A DNA stretch of 63,862 nt, the filler included. It is 6 parts of 6 records of this genome, joined end to end, with 100 filler letters (N's around TTAATTAATTAA, not from the genome) between each part and the next. Parts side by side here need not be neighbours in the genome. Positions count along the whole stretch, not along the records: positions 23,217 to 35,997 come from SRR20825019_1968; positions 36,098 to 45,584 come from SRR20825019_1969; 4 more parts are not named here. One strand, given 5' to 3'. Below the pieces are notes generated by a model that was given only the letters and a program-made list of their open reading frames with translations, did no database searches and was not told the origin of the DNA. Each line of letters begins with the position of its first letter. Position 1 is the stretch's first letter. This document shows, piece by piece, positions 30,059 to 40,700 of the stretch. Position numbers and translations under genes: made by a program.

Positions 30059-31074
30059 GTAAGCCTATTTCATTTAAACCGGGCAACAGTGGCAAATACT
30101 CGACACAACTCTGGAGTTTTATTTTTGTAGTGTTTAGCGGAGATGAGTAGCTGTACGGCGTTCCCAGCGGCCCGGCCCGGGCCTGCCCGGTGCCCGGCCG
30201 GCGGTGGTCGACGAGCCGACATCCGCGGACCGCGGGCCCCACGGCAGCCCGGCAGAGCCCGCCGGCCGGGCCGGCCCCGTGATGAATGAATTCAATGATT
30301 GGTTTGAAACACTCCGCGGGTTGTCAGGCGGAAAGTTTAGGCAAACAGATATCCTGACTTCCCAAACGGGGATATATTTGAGTTTCACTAAGTCCGCAGC
30401 CGGTTGAGGTCTTGGGAAGCATGAATCAAAGGTGGTACTGACGTGCTACTGACGTGCTACCTTCGGAAAACGGGTAAATGTGACGTTTCATTGGCACTGA
30501 CAGCGAGTTATTCATTCTTCCGCGGGTCCAGTTGGGCCTCTCGGGCGGATACGGCAACTGGCCATGGCTCCGCGCGGCTGACCCCGGCACGGTGGCGGCT
30601 CGGAGTCGGGGTCGCGCTCCTCACTGGACGTCCTTAACTCCATTGAAGGCCTCAATCAATAACGGTGTGCCCGGTCGCAAGAACTGACCTGAGCTGAAGT
30701 GCTGGTGACAAGGTCAATGGCAAGGGCACAGAGGTAGTGTGCCCGTCATGTTTGGTGATACTCGAATGTTGGTCGCTGGTTGCAGTCTGGTTTCAAGCCA
30801 GTATGGTCGAAAGGGTGGCCTGTGCTAACAGGGTACTGACTGCCTACTAAACGGGGGGGCACTGCCTTCTATTGAGAATGCGGGTGTGTCAAATCCTATC
30901 CTGCGGCATGAGTGTGAATGCCATCATCCCGACCAAAAAACGTGAGTTCAACCTAACTCTCCACTCGCCCTCTACGGCCCTATGCCTTCTCATGCTCGAG
31001 CCCTCGAACTGCCAGGGCGAGCAAGCTGCCATATATAGTCATCAATACCTTCACACAAAATTAAATTACTGAGC

Positions 31075-33001
31075 ATGCAAATGATTTCCAGAGTCCCGGT
31101 GTCCCTTTTTCGACAGTGCCGTAGCCGTGGCGGTGCCTCAAGACTCCTAACAACTGCGTCAATTTCACGCTCTTCTCTCCGCCCAGTATGTGCCCTCATG
31201 GACCGACCCGCAAGCATTTTGCAATACCAGTCCCGCTTCAAGAGTACCCAGGCTGCCGTGTCTGACCATGAGGTGATTGGCGAGCGCTCCTCTCTTTGAA
31301 GGAATAATAACTAACCCCTTAATAGACTGGACACCCCCTGCCCATTAATGCTGAGCTCGGCGTTCGCATTAATGTTACAAAGAATGCGGACAAGTACCTG
31401 ACCATTACTTGGAGTGATGGTCATGTCAGGTGTGAGGCCTCACAGCAGAGTTTCTTTTTTTTAACCCTCCTTCTCGCTAGTGAGTTTTCGTATATTCACC
31501 TCAGAGACAACTGCCAGTGCTCAGAGTGCACCCATCCTACCGCCCACCAGCGCCTCATCTACACTGCCGACTCCCTCGATCTTCACGTTCAGCCCACTCA
31601 GCATTCCGTCAACGCCGATGGGTCCATCGAGATTTCTTGGTCCGATGGGTGAGTGCTTACATGGACGAATTCTTATGGTGGCTTCAACTCACGGATATGC
31701 AGTCACAAGAGCACATACACCGCCTCTTGGCTCCGTCTTTATTGCCCTACCTTGGCTTCGAAGAATGTTATGATCCAGGTATGCTCTCCTTGTGACTTAC
31801 AATACATTGCTGACACGTGAATATCAGGAGTCGACATGGGATTCTTCGTTCGAGATCCCTAGGCACGAGTACAGCAAAGTCGCACAGTCGGATAGTGCCC
31901 TTGGTGACTGGATTGGTGACGTCTTGAAGTATGGCCTTTGTCTCCTCACTGGTGCGCCTAAGGTACATATGTATCGTATACCATGCACACGGGATTTGTT
32001 GTTGACATGTAGGAATTATGCAGGACCACAAATCAGTGAGGTCGATTGCTGACCGTGTGGCATTCCTAAGGCTCACCAACTATGGCGACACTTTCAACGG
32101 TCTGTGTATTCATTCGATTACATTCAGGATTCGCAGTCTTACCTGTTCTTGTAGTTGTCAGCAAAGGAGACCCTTCCAATCTGGCATACACAAACAAAGG
32201 ACTTAATCTCCATACGGACCTTCCCTATTGTGGGTGTCTATCTTGAAGAGTTTCTGGGTTTGTCCCGATTGACACTTCCACAGATATGTATAGCCCAGGA
32301 GTGCAAATGCTACACTGCCTCAGCCAGGCGGGGTCTGGAGGGGAGAATCTCTTTGTTGACGGATTCAGAGTTGCTGAGGAGGTGAGTGCAGGGTGCTCGT
32401 ACAAAGGGTTCCTCGCTGATCATATTCGTAGATGAGGAAGCGCCACCCTGCCGAATATGAACTTGTAGTCAACACGGATGTGGTGTTCCAGTATGTATGC
32501 GAGCTATTTTGAATTCAGGTTTACTGACGCCGAGCAGAGACAAGGGTACTGATGCTTACGGTGACTTTCATCTCCGGTGGAAGCGCCCCATCATCGAGGA
32601 GAACACCAGTGGCCGCGTAGTGCGATTCAACTACAACAATCACACCCGTGACAGCATGTTCAGTCCGTCTACCCCCGATATGGACATATACGAGTTTTAT
32701 GAAGGTCGGTGCCCCTACGTCTGGGGATTGTGGAGTTGAGCTAATGCGCTTCGACACAGCCTACTTTAAGCTCCACCATGTTATCCATGATGAAAATCTA
32801 TTGATCAAGTACAAACTCCAAGAAGGCGAAATTGTGGCATTTGGCAATGAGCGTGTGATGCACGGGCGTGTCGCGTATCAGCTCAAGGAGGGGGATCTTC
32901 GGGAACTCTCCGGTGGATACGTTGACCTTGATGAATTAAGGTATGCGATGCAAGTGAAGCAACGGAGGAAGAGCCTGATACCCGATGTTTGCCAGGTCTA
33001 G
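31075..33001 (+). CDS. Gamma-butyrobetaine dioxygenase-like Fe(II)/2OG enzyme; 11 exons, 10 introns of ~47-60 nt
   Basis: Manual splicing gives the Zn-domain motif LRDNCQCSEC.HP...QR, WSDGH.S.Y...WLR, NLAYT..GL.LHTDLPY, PGVQMLHCL, FVDGF.VAE, NYNNHTRDS and N.RVMHGR. All introns are GT-AG (first two 31273-31325 and 31430-31480). Confidence 0.85.
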
Positions 33002-33019
33002 GTACCGTGTTATTAAGGA

Positions 33020-34130
33020 AAAGGAAGGTACCGAGAGTGCTGCTACTCTTCACTGCACGCTGTAACTTTAGATGAGACTCTCAATACGTGGCCGCAATAA
33101 CTCACCTGAGCAAACAGAGCTCTAGAGGTTAGAAGATCAACAAGCTATAAATGGAAATTCGTAATCTGGTGATGCATGGACTTTCACGGGGTTTCCAGTG
33201 TTGCCCTATACGAAAGCATTACGCGTACCCACACGAAAGTGCTGCCGCGGCGTCGCTCGTAGAGCGGAGCCTATCGGGGTGGATTTCATGGGTGTCCATA
33301 TACTTGAGCAGACCGCGCGCCTGAAGGCAGTTAGGATGAAGCGTAGACCGGAATACAATGGATGCACTCACCACTGCACGGTGAACCCCCTTCGAGGCAT
33401 TGAAGAACCTGAGACTCCGAATGAAGTCATCAGGTCGCCTCGCACAAAGCTGTGGATCAGGTAAGGATGATTCTCCTCTTCAAGGACGGCTTGATTACCT
33501 GGGCCATATCATCTTCGTATACTAGGAACCCACCGCCCGCCATCTTATGCCCCTCCAAAGCTTGGATTACTACACTGCTCAACTGATGATAAATTCTAGG
33601 CAAGCCCTCCTGCAGCATGTGAGGCCACCGGGTATAGTTGATTTACCGCTTACCTCTCCGAGATACAAATCCCCTAATCTCTTCACCGAACTCGGCCGTA
33701 AGAAATCCAAAGCGCGCTCAATATCACGAGTATAGTCGAGAGAATACACACTAGGCTCTCCGAGTACAAGAGATGAATCAGGTCGTTCAGTACCATGCAC
33801 AGGCAAACTGGAATCAGAATAAGGACTCTCCCATGGAAGACTACGGAACGAAGACTGGAGTGGGGTTAGTCTATGATCAAGTTTCTGTGTTGTAGTGGGG
33901 CAAGGACAAGTAGGAGACTCTGGTTCCCCACAGCAAATGAAACTGTGGTCTAAGCATTAGTATGAAACCATGCACTCTCTGGGCACTTTCGCCTCACCTG
34001 AAGATACTTGACATGCTAATAAGTGTTCATGCCGAGACTTGTACAAAAGGATGGTGACTCCTTTCACATTTCCTTATGCAAGCGTTCGGTAGGGCACAGT
34101 AACCTCCCCTCAGAGGTAACCACTGGCCAT
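33020..34130 (-). CDS. Multi-exon hypothetical eukaryotic gene (boundaries approximate)
   Basis: Several ~45-52-nt GT-AG introns (GTGAGG..CTAAT..TAG, GTAAGC..CAG, GTAATC..CAG, GTGAGT..CTAAC..CAG). Removing them gives a continuous frame ...HSFICCGEPESPTCPC...LYLGE/EGLPRIY...DDMAQ/LCARRPDDFIRSLRFF...RAV/ARGLLKYMD. Ends unresolved. Confidence 0.5.
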
Positions 34131-34599
34131 GCTCGCCCATCTCGCTGGAAGGTGGGTCGCCTAGTCAGTTCAACTCAGTTGGGTCCGGTCGGGCCCCGCC
34201 GCCGCGGGCGGGGCCGCCGCGGCGCACCGCGTTTGGGGGGCCGGGGGCCGCGGGGGCAGGCGCCCGGGGGCCGGCCACGGCCCGGACCGGACCCGGCCGG
34301 ACTGACTAGCTAGCTCTCTACTGAGTCTAGCTAGTAGAGCGTTGCCACTCGATCGGATCGTGCCGGACCACTGCACCGGCGGGCCATCATTCAAAAATAT
34401 CGATCGGAAACAATAGAGAAATAGAATGTTTATTTTGTTGGTTAGAAAGGGACACGCAGGAATACGTCAGTCAGTTCTGAGGGTCACCTCACAACCATGA
34501 CGCGGCGACCACGAAGTGACTCATTTCGTGTCAATCTCTCTAGAAAGAGCAGAGCTCCAGAGAGCTCTACTAGAAAACGGAAGTATGAAGCACTCTACA

Positions 34600-35386
34600 T
34601 TACTCTATGTAAGGAATGAAGGTCCGGGATTCCTTCTTGTACTTAACATATTCCCAACCAAAGAACCTGTAAAAAATAAAATGAGGGATTTGGCGCAACT
34701 GCGTAATGCGCACGCATGAACGAAGTACCTTATCAGTTGCTCTTCTTCAAAGGGGATACGGTCAGCAAAGAAATTCCAGCTGGCATAAGTGAAAAGGCAC
34801 ACACACAGAGGATTTAACAGCATCACTTGTGTTGCTATAGACCAATAAAACCACCCAGTATATCCAGGATGGCGCAAATATCTATGATACCACAGGTGAG
34901 CGGGACATTTCCAAGTTCAGATGACTACATACTTATACAGCCCCGTTTTCACAAGCTTGTGCTCTTCTCGCCTGCTTGTCATCACCATATGGGTAAAGTT
35001 CCTGCCGGCCTGAATCATGGCCCACTTCCGTAAGAGCTCCCCAAAAATAACTACGATCAGCCCAACATAAGAAATCTAACGAAGTAGACATTAGATGGCA
35101 CCAATTATCTATGTAAGCAGTCAAGACTCACCATTGTATAACTCTTCATAGAAGGGAACAGAAAGTATTCCACCCAATACTCGATGATAGCAGCACTCAT
35201 CGCTATTAGGTACTCCCTCTGCATAAGAAGCGCTACAAGGCGTCATGGTAAGTTCAATGCGCTCGAAAGAAAATTTTGTATAAAACCTGCTCTAGAAAGA
35301 GTGTCCCAATGATAATAGGCCGTGATCGAAAACTCACTCACGTGAAAGAATACCAGAATATAAGCAAAATAAATGAATTGCCACAT
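34600..35386 (-). CDS. Isoprenylcysteine carboxyl methyltransferase (ICMT/Ste14); at least 4 introns, possible extra 5' exon from 35492
   Basis: Spliced product has FFHVSEF, GELLRKWAMIQAGRNFTH, HKLVKTGLYKYLRHPGYTGWFYWS, FF.DRIPFEEEQLIRFFGWEY..YKK...TFIPYI. Confidence 0.88.
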
Positions 35387-35684
35387 AGCTCAAGTTGTAA
35401 CTATATGAGTTTGACCCATGCAAGTACAAATATCTACCGCAAGGATAAGCGATACCGGCAGATCGCGTTGCAAGAGGGGAGCACCCCCTCATGGTAGGAA
35501 AACTTTCCGTGTGACCGAGACACATTCCCAGGCGGACCTCCCTCGGCGGAGCGGCCAGCTGGCAGGCACGCAACAACCGGCCCCGGCCGCGGGGCCGGGG
35601 GGGGGGCACCGGGTGTGGCGTCACTTGCTGATTACACAATATAAATACAAAGATCTCTGGGGTTGTGAAGAGATTCTCGGAATA

Positions 35685-35756
35685 GGGGAATTAACTCAGA
35701 GGTAGAGTGCTTGCTTTGCATGCAAGAGGCCGCGGGTTCGAACCCCGCATTCTCCA
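35685..35756 (+). tRNA. tRNA-Ala(UGC), eukaryotic type
   Basis: Full cloverleaf: GGGGAAT/ATTCTCC stem with the G3:U70 Ala identity pair and anticodon arm CTTGC-TTTGCAT-GCAAG. No encoded CCA; oligo-T Pol III terminator from 35761. Confidence 0.95.
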
Positions 35757-35997
35757 CTCCTTTTTTTTTTTTTCATCAAATAAATTGATATGTAATTAAT
35801 CACGTGATATTACCTATATTAATTAATTGGTATACCTTTGTTTTACGCGCCAATCCCGAGGCGGCTAAAGCTGCGGAGTCAGTGTGTCGTGGTCCGGTCT
35901 GGGGTGGTGTGGCTCTCCGGCGGGCACCGACTGCTCAGATCAATTCCGACCGGCCGCCGATCTGGACATCGCTCCCCCCCCCCCCCCCCCCCCCCCC

Positions 35998-36097
35998 NNN
36001 NNNNNNNNNNNNNNNNNNNNNNNNNNNNNNNNNNNNNNNNNTTAATTAATTAANNNNNNNNNNNNNNNNNNNNNNNNNNNNNNNNNNNNNNNNNNNN
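35998..36097. other. Artificial contig linker
   Basis: N44-TTAATTAATTAA-N44. Confidence 0.99.
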
Positions 36098-36098
36098 A

Positions 36099-36440
36099 AT
36101 AAAACAATTCGATAAACAGAAAAGATTTATCTCTTTTGAAAAGAATACTTTTAATAGAGATCATACTGAAAACTCAATAGAGAACACTATTATTACTTCA
36201 GAAAACAAAGAGGAAGTAATTTCGGAGTTAAATCAATTGCCCGAAAAGTGTAAAGAAATTTTTATTTTGTGTGTTTTAGAAGGTGTTAGCTATAAAGATG
36301 CAGCTTATAGACAAGAAGTTTCCATCAACACTGTAAAATCTCAAATAAAAAAAGGATACAAAATATTACGTAGCTCACTGAAAAGCAAAATTGTAATGCT
36401 TCATTTCTTCACAAAAAAAGATTTTATAAAAAATATTTAA
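36099..36440 (+). CDS. ECF sigma-70 factor, C-terminal region 4 (5' truncated)
   Basis: LNQLPEKCKEIFIL...EG.SYK.AA....VSINTVKSQI; frame open from the contig edge; immediately upstream of FecR. Confidence 0.85.
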   Translation: MKQFDKQKRFISFEKNTFNRDHTENSIENTIITSENKEEVISELNQLPEKCKEIFILCVLEGVSYKDAAYRQEVSINTVKSQIKKGYKILRSSLKSKIVMLHFFTKKDFIKNI

Positions 36441-36514
36441 CGTTAGCATCACCCTCTTTATAATTTTATGACTCTTTATAGATAGAACGCCATATGGTTT
36501 ATCTGTAAACAATA

Positions 36515-37651
36515 ATGAATATAAAACAAATTATTATAAAGAGTCTTCATAGACAATTATCCCCAGAAGAAGAAAAAATCTTTAAGGATTGGCTTGGAAA
36601 ATCTGAAGCGAATAAAGAATTCTTCAAAAAATTACAAAATCTTAAAACAGCTAATGATTTAAAAAGAATAGCTAATATAGAGATAACTAATGAATGGAAC
36701 AATCTACAGAAGAAACACCTCCATAGACTAAAATTAGCACGTTCACAAAAAAGAAGAAAGTTCCTAGCTGCTGCAGTACTTATTGGAATACTATTAACAA
36801 GCATTGGCTATTATCAAACTACTATTACCACACAACAACTACCTAATGATAATGCTATTGTAATATTCGAAAATAACAAAATTTTACATCAAAGCATTTC
36901 AAATACTCATACCGAATTAAAAAATGAGGAAGGAATTACCATTGCAATTCAAGAAAAGGATCAAATAAAATTTCTTCCAACAAAAAAAGCAAAAGAGTCT
37001 ATTAAAACGGTTAAAGTCCCTAACGGAAAAAATTTGACTGTTATTTTGGAAGATAATTCTATAGTGAAGTTAAATGCTGGAAGTTTTATACAATTTTCAA
37101 ATAATTTTAATTCTAAAAAAACTAGAAGCGTTAAACTAGAAGGAGAAGCCTATTTTGAAGTAACAAAAAATAAAGAAATTCCTTTTATAGTTCAAACTCC
37201 AAAAGCTATTATTAAGGTTTTGGGAACCAGCTTTAATGTTTCTTCTTACACAGATCTTAATACTACCAAAATTGTTTTGGTAGAGGGTAGAGTAGCAATT
37301 GAAAGTACTTCTGAAAAATTTAAAAATCAGTTTCTGAATCCTAATCAAGTAGCCCATATTGAAGCTGGCACTATAAGTATTACCAATGAAGATTTGAATC
37401 AGTATTTGTCTTGGTTAGATGGCAAGTTAAGTATCTCCAAACAACCATTTAGTAAAATTATTCTTCAGTTGGAACGTACATATAACATAAAGATAAAAAA
37501 TAACTATTCAGAATTAAACCATAAAACTTTTACAGCAACCTTCGACAAAGAGTCTATTGAAGAAATTATTCAGTCATTTAAATTAAGTTTTCCTTTTGAA
37601 TATGAAATCAAGTCGAACACAATAATCATTAATAAACCTAAAACAGAATAA
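36515..37651 (+). CDS. FecR-family anti-sigma factor
   Basis: Single TM helix; LEDNSIVKLNAGS, RSVKLEGEAYFEV, IKVLGTSFNV, LVEGRV, SWLDG. Confidence 0.92.
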   Translation: MNIKQIIIKSLHRQLSPEEEKIFKDWLGKSEANKEFFKKLQNLKTANDLKRIANIEITNEWNNLQKKHLHRLKLARSQKRRKFLAAAVLIGILLTSIGYYQTTITTQQLPNDNAIVIFENNKILHQSISNTHTELKNEEGITIAIQEKDQIKFLPTKKAKESIKTVKVPNGKNLTVILEDNSIVKLNAGSFIQFSNNFNSKKTRSVKLEGEAYFEVTKNKEIPFIVQTPKAIIKVLGTSFNVSSYTDLNTTKIVLVEGRVAIESTSEKFKNQFLNPNQVAHIEAGTISITNEDLNQYLSWLDGKLSISKQPFSKIILQLERTYNIKIKNNYSELNHKTFTATFDKESIEEIIQSFKLSFPFEYEIKSNTIIINKPKTE

Positions 37652-37664
37652 ATTATGGATTGAG

Positions 37665-37696
37665 AAAAAAACAGGAAATGTTGCAGCATTTCCTGT
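37665..37696 (-). terminator. Hairpin in the fecR-susC spacer; intrinsic terminator in the antisense direction
   Basis: ACAGGAAATG-TTGCAG-CATTTCCTGT stem preceded by an A7 run, which is a U tract on the minus strand. Confidence 0.6.
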
Positions 37697-37745
37697 ATAA
37701 AAAGTTAAGTCACAACTAAAAATTATAACCAAACTATACAAATGT

Positions 37746-40700
37746 ATGAAAAATAGACTATTCTTAGGATCCATAGGATCCTATTCCTCCGATTTTTATC
37801 TAAAAATGAAGATAACAACCATACTCTTATTTATTACTCTATTTACAGTTCAGGCAAATTCTATAGCACAGAAAACCAAAGTAGATTTAAATATTAACGA
37901 AGTACCTCTTCAATCTGTACTTAAAGAAATTGAAAGAAAAACCGACTTTAAATTTTTATACAACCATGAAGAGATTAATACAAATACACCAATCTCTATT
38001 CATGTAAAACAACAATCTTTAAAAGAGGTGTTGGACAAATTATTTAAGGAAACCAATATTGAATATATAGTCAATAAAAAGCAGATTATATTAAAAGCAA
38101 AAAAAATATCTTCAGAAAACAGTACACCCTTAATCGACCAATCTACAATTAAAGGCTCTGTAACCGACTTAAATGGTGTCCCTTTGGTAGGTGTTACAAT
38201 AAAAATTAAGGAGCTAAATGTTGGTACTTCTACAAATAACGAAGGTGAATTTTCCATTCAGGCGAGTGTGAATGACGTTTTAATATTTACCTATATCGGT
38301 TTTAAAACCGAAGAGGTTACTATAAAAGCAAATTCTTCTATTGATATTCAATTAGAAGAAGATATACAAGCCATTGATGAAGTTGTGTTAGTAGGTTATG
38401 GAGAAGTAAAAAAGGAAAATTTAACAGGTGCAGTAAGTAACGTTAATATGGAATCCTTTAGTAATCAAGTTCCTACTATAAATGTTGAACAGGCGCTACA
38501 AGGACAAGTTGCTGGTGTTTCTGTAAATTCTCCCAATGGTCAACCGGGAGCTGCCTCAAAGATAAGAATTCGTGGTACATCCTCCCTATCTGGTTCTAAC
38601 CAACCGCTTTTTGTTATTGATGGTGTACCAGTAGTTCCTGAAAGTAATATTCCTACGGGAGGTGTCGAAGGTCAGCGACTTGGTGATGTATTAAATTCAC
38701 AAGGTTTAAGTACGCCTATAGCAAATATTAATCCAAATGATATTGAATCTATAAGTGTTCTTAAAGATGCTTCTGCAGCTGCAATATATGGTTCTAGAGC
38801 GGCCAATGGGGTTATTATTATCACTACTAAAAAAGGTTCAAAATTTAATAAACCTACTATCAATTTTGATGTTTCTACAACCACTCAAAATCCTCAAACA
38901 CTAAATGTATTAAATGCAGCTCAATTTAAAGATGCTTGGACTCAAGCTGTCCTAAATAACAATACAGGAAATGCCTTCGCTACAAGTGTATTGGATGGCT
39001 CTTATTTTGGAGATGTAGACACTAATTGGGAAGACGAATTAAGTCCAGAGCTATCCACATCTACCTATGCTAATTTAAGTATGAGAGGCGGTGGAAAGTC
39101 TAGTCAATATGCAATATCTCTAGCTGCCTTAAATGCAGAAAGTGGGTTTAAAGGTTCTAATAGTGAACGGTATACGATAAATTTAAATTTGAATAATGAT
39201 ATTACGGATTTTTTGAGATTTGGAACCAATATCCAAACTTCCTTTTTCAATCAATCTTCATTAGACGGAAGTGTGGTAGAAAGAATGTATACTTTTCGAC
39301 CAGATTATCCTGTATTTGATAATGAGGGTCATTATTCTTATTCAAATTATTCAAACACTGAAAATCCCGTTGCATTAGCACAAGCAACTAATAAAAACAA
39401 AACTTTTTTATTATTAGGGTCTGTATATTCTCAAATTGACTTTTACAAGGATTTAAATTTTGAAACAAGACTTTCTGTAAATTACAACAATGGTAATCAA
39501 ACAAGTTTTTATCCTGGATATACTTTCAGAGGTGGGTGGTCTAGGTCTAATAAAGATGGAGATGGTTATGCACAGGATAGTAGATCTAGCGCTACTGTAT
39601 TACAATGGCAAAATACACTTACTTATAAGCATACGTTTAATAACAAACATACTATAGATGCAGTATTAGGAACTGCTTTCGAAGAGATCAATTCTTCTTA
39701 TAATAAAGCATTTGGTACGGGCTTTTCTAGTAACACCCTAACTAATGTTTCTAGTGCTACAGCAAGTAATGGTGGAGAAGCTTATGAGAATGGATCCGGA
39801 CTTATCTCCTATTTTGGGAGAACAAATTATGATTATGATCAAAAGTATTTATTAACCTTAACTGCTCGAATAGACGGATCATCAAAATTTGCAAAAAATA
39901 ATAAATATGCTTTTTTCCCAGCTGCTGCAGCGGCATGGAGAATCTCTAATGAAGATTTTTTAACCGATAGCAATATTATAGATGAACTTAAATTAAGAGC
40001 TAGTTACGGTCTTACAGGACAACAAGATTTTGGAGCTTATCAATGGCGCACCTTATATGAAACAGGTGCATATGCAAACAATCCTTCCATTATATTATCA
40101 CAATTAGGTAACGACGAATTAAAGTGGGAAACTACCAAACAGTTAGATTTAGGAGTAGACTTTTCTCTTTTTAATAATGTATTAAGTGGTGGGGTTGGTT
40201 ATTACCAAAAAAATACGATAGATGTTATATTTCCAGTACAAACACCTGGAAATACAGGAGTAACATCTGTACTAGCAAATGTAGGTCATACTGAAAACAA
40301 AGGTTTTGAACTTTTATTAGATATAGGAATTATAAACAAAGCTGATTTTAGTTGGAATGTAAGTTTAAACGCTACACGAAATAAAAACAGCTTAAAAGAA
40401 ATCTCCGAAGACTACAAAGATGAGGAAGGTTATATTATTGGGTTTCCTGGCTTAGGTGGTGGACGTTTAAAAGAGGGGAGCCCTATAGGTTTGATATATG
40501 GGTACCAAGCCTCACATATTTTTCAAAATCAAGAAGAAATTGATGTCTTAAACCAAAGGTCCCCAAATGGATATTATCAAGAAATACTAACCGCTCCTGG
40601 AGATTTAAAGTTTAATGATATATCTGGTCCAGATGGTACTCCAGATGGGGAGGTAAATAATTATGATCAAACTGTAATTGGGAATTCTCAACCTGATGTA

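Noticed and set aside
30420-31070. Possible small gene or ncRNA upstream of the BBOX-like gene, including a TACTGACGTGC tandem duplication
   Set aside because: Splice-like signals are present but I could not build a coherent reading frame or RNA structure.
35974-35997. Poly-C run at the contig end (possible telomere or G4)
   Set aside because: A pure homopolymer at an assembly edge; most likely a sequencing artefact and not a telomeric repeat unit.
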